Source: Nitrospiraceae bacterium
GTDB lineage: Bacteria > Nitrospirota > Nitrospiria > Nitrospirales > Nitrospiraceae
NCBI GenBank assembly: GCA_050246315.1
Contig: JBFWWG010000007.1
Location: 128,001-192,000, forward strand
Reading direction: 5' to 3'
Length of the DNA stretch: 64,000 bases
In this document: piece after piece, positions 63,472 to 64,000 of the stretch
How positions within the stretch are numbered: position 1 is the first letter of the stretch
Layout: each line of letters starts with the position of its first letter
Made by a program: the position numbers and the translations under genes
Notes under the pieces: generated by a model
Databases searched by the model: none
The model's input: the letters and a program-made list of their open reading frames with translations, nothing else
What the model was told of the DNA's origin: nothing

Positions 63472-63750
63472 ATGTATAACGTGGCACAAGTAATCGACGA
63501 AAAATGCACGGCCAAGAAGGGGTGCCGGCTGTGCATCATGTATTGCCCGGAGGCCAACTGTTTGGATCTCAACGTCGGTAAAATGGTCGCAGAGGTCACC
63601 ATCGAGCGGTGCAAAGGCTGCGAGCTGTGTGTGGTGGTCTGTAACGCAGCCAAGCACGAGGCAATCGAGATGGTGGCGGTGAGCGCCGACGGCACGCTGT
63701 TGTCCAAGAAGGGGGAATCCGCCGCCTTGGGTCAAGCCTACCAAGGGTGA
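63472..63750 (+). CDS. porE: Ferredoxin-like epsilon subunit (2x[4Fe-4S]-type)
   Basis: CTAKKGCRLCIMYCP and CKGCELCVVVC. Confidence 0.88.
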   Translation: MYNVAQVIDEKCTAKKGCRLCIMYCPEANCLDLNVGKMVAEVTIERCKGCELCVVVCNAAKHEAIEMVAVSADGTLLSKKGESAALGQAYQG

Positions 63751-63773
63751 GCCGTTCGTCGCGGTAGCTCGAG

Positions 63774-63807
63774 AAACCCCATGGCGTTCGTGCCGTGGGG
63801 TTTTTTT
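63774..63807 (+). terminator. Rho-independent terminator
   Basis: AAACCCCATGGC-GTTCGT-GCCGTGGGGTTT followed by a T run. Confidence 0.85.
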
Positions 63808-63838
63808 ATTCGATCCGATCATGCAGGAGTACAAGACG

Positions 63839-64000
63839 ATGGACCGGGAAGATAATACCGTCACCGCGTTACTCATGGACATCGCCGGGTTGCTCAGGGA
63901 GTTTCCCCAGGCGCTGGAGCAGCGGGCAGCCGAGATCCAGGTCACCGGCAAGGATCCGGAGCTGGCCAGCAAATTGATCAAGGGCGCGGATGCCATGCGG
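63839..64000 (+). CDS. Hypothetical protein (truncated by window end)
   Basis: ATG 63839 after AGGAG; open frame MDREDNTVTALLMDIAGLLREFPQALEQRAAEIQ... runs to the end. Confidence 0.6.
   Translation, partial: MDREDNTVTALLMDIAGLLREFPQALEQRAAEIQVTGKDPELASKLIKGADAMR

Overview
A GC-rich bacterial chromosome window, very likely Nitrospira/Nitrospirota, judged from gene order, the five-subunit 2-oxoacid:ferredoxin oxidoreductase and the repeat family. Most of it is housekeeping: topA-dprA-rng, the mreBCD-mrdA-rodA elongasome cluster, queA, asd, ilvBNC-psd-pssA-leuA-leuB, rnpB, rnhC, tRNA-Ile2, rpoD-dnaG, the his operon, murA-prmC-prfA-rpmE-rho, and a five-subunit POR/OGOR cluster of the reverse TCA cycle. 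It opens with a metal-handling locus (CbiX-fold protein, TonB-dependent receptor, two divergent bacterioferritins). The best candidate for a new system is a translationally coupled two-gene accessory module just upstream of rnpB. It pairs a degenerate-SIR2 + TIR protein with an effector-less nSTAND1 NTPase-transmembrane-WD40 protein, which looks like a split, membrane-spanning NLR-like defence or signalling system. Other notable elements are a full Leu (CUC) T-box riboswitch before leuA, three MITE-like repeats that all abut a CTAG at a gene 3' end (one supplies the leuB stop codon), decayed toxin-antitoxin remnants inside the his operon, and a long C-rich rho leader. All calls come from manual reading and motif recognition; no searches were run.
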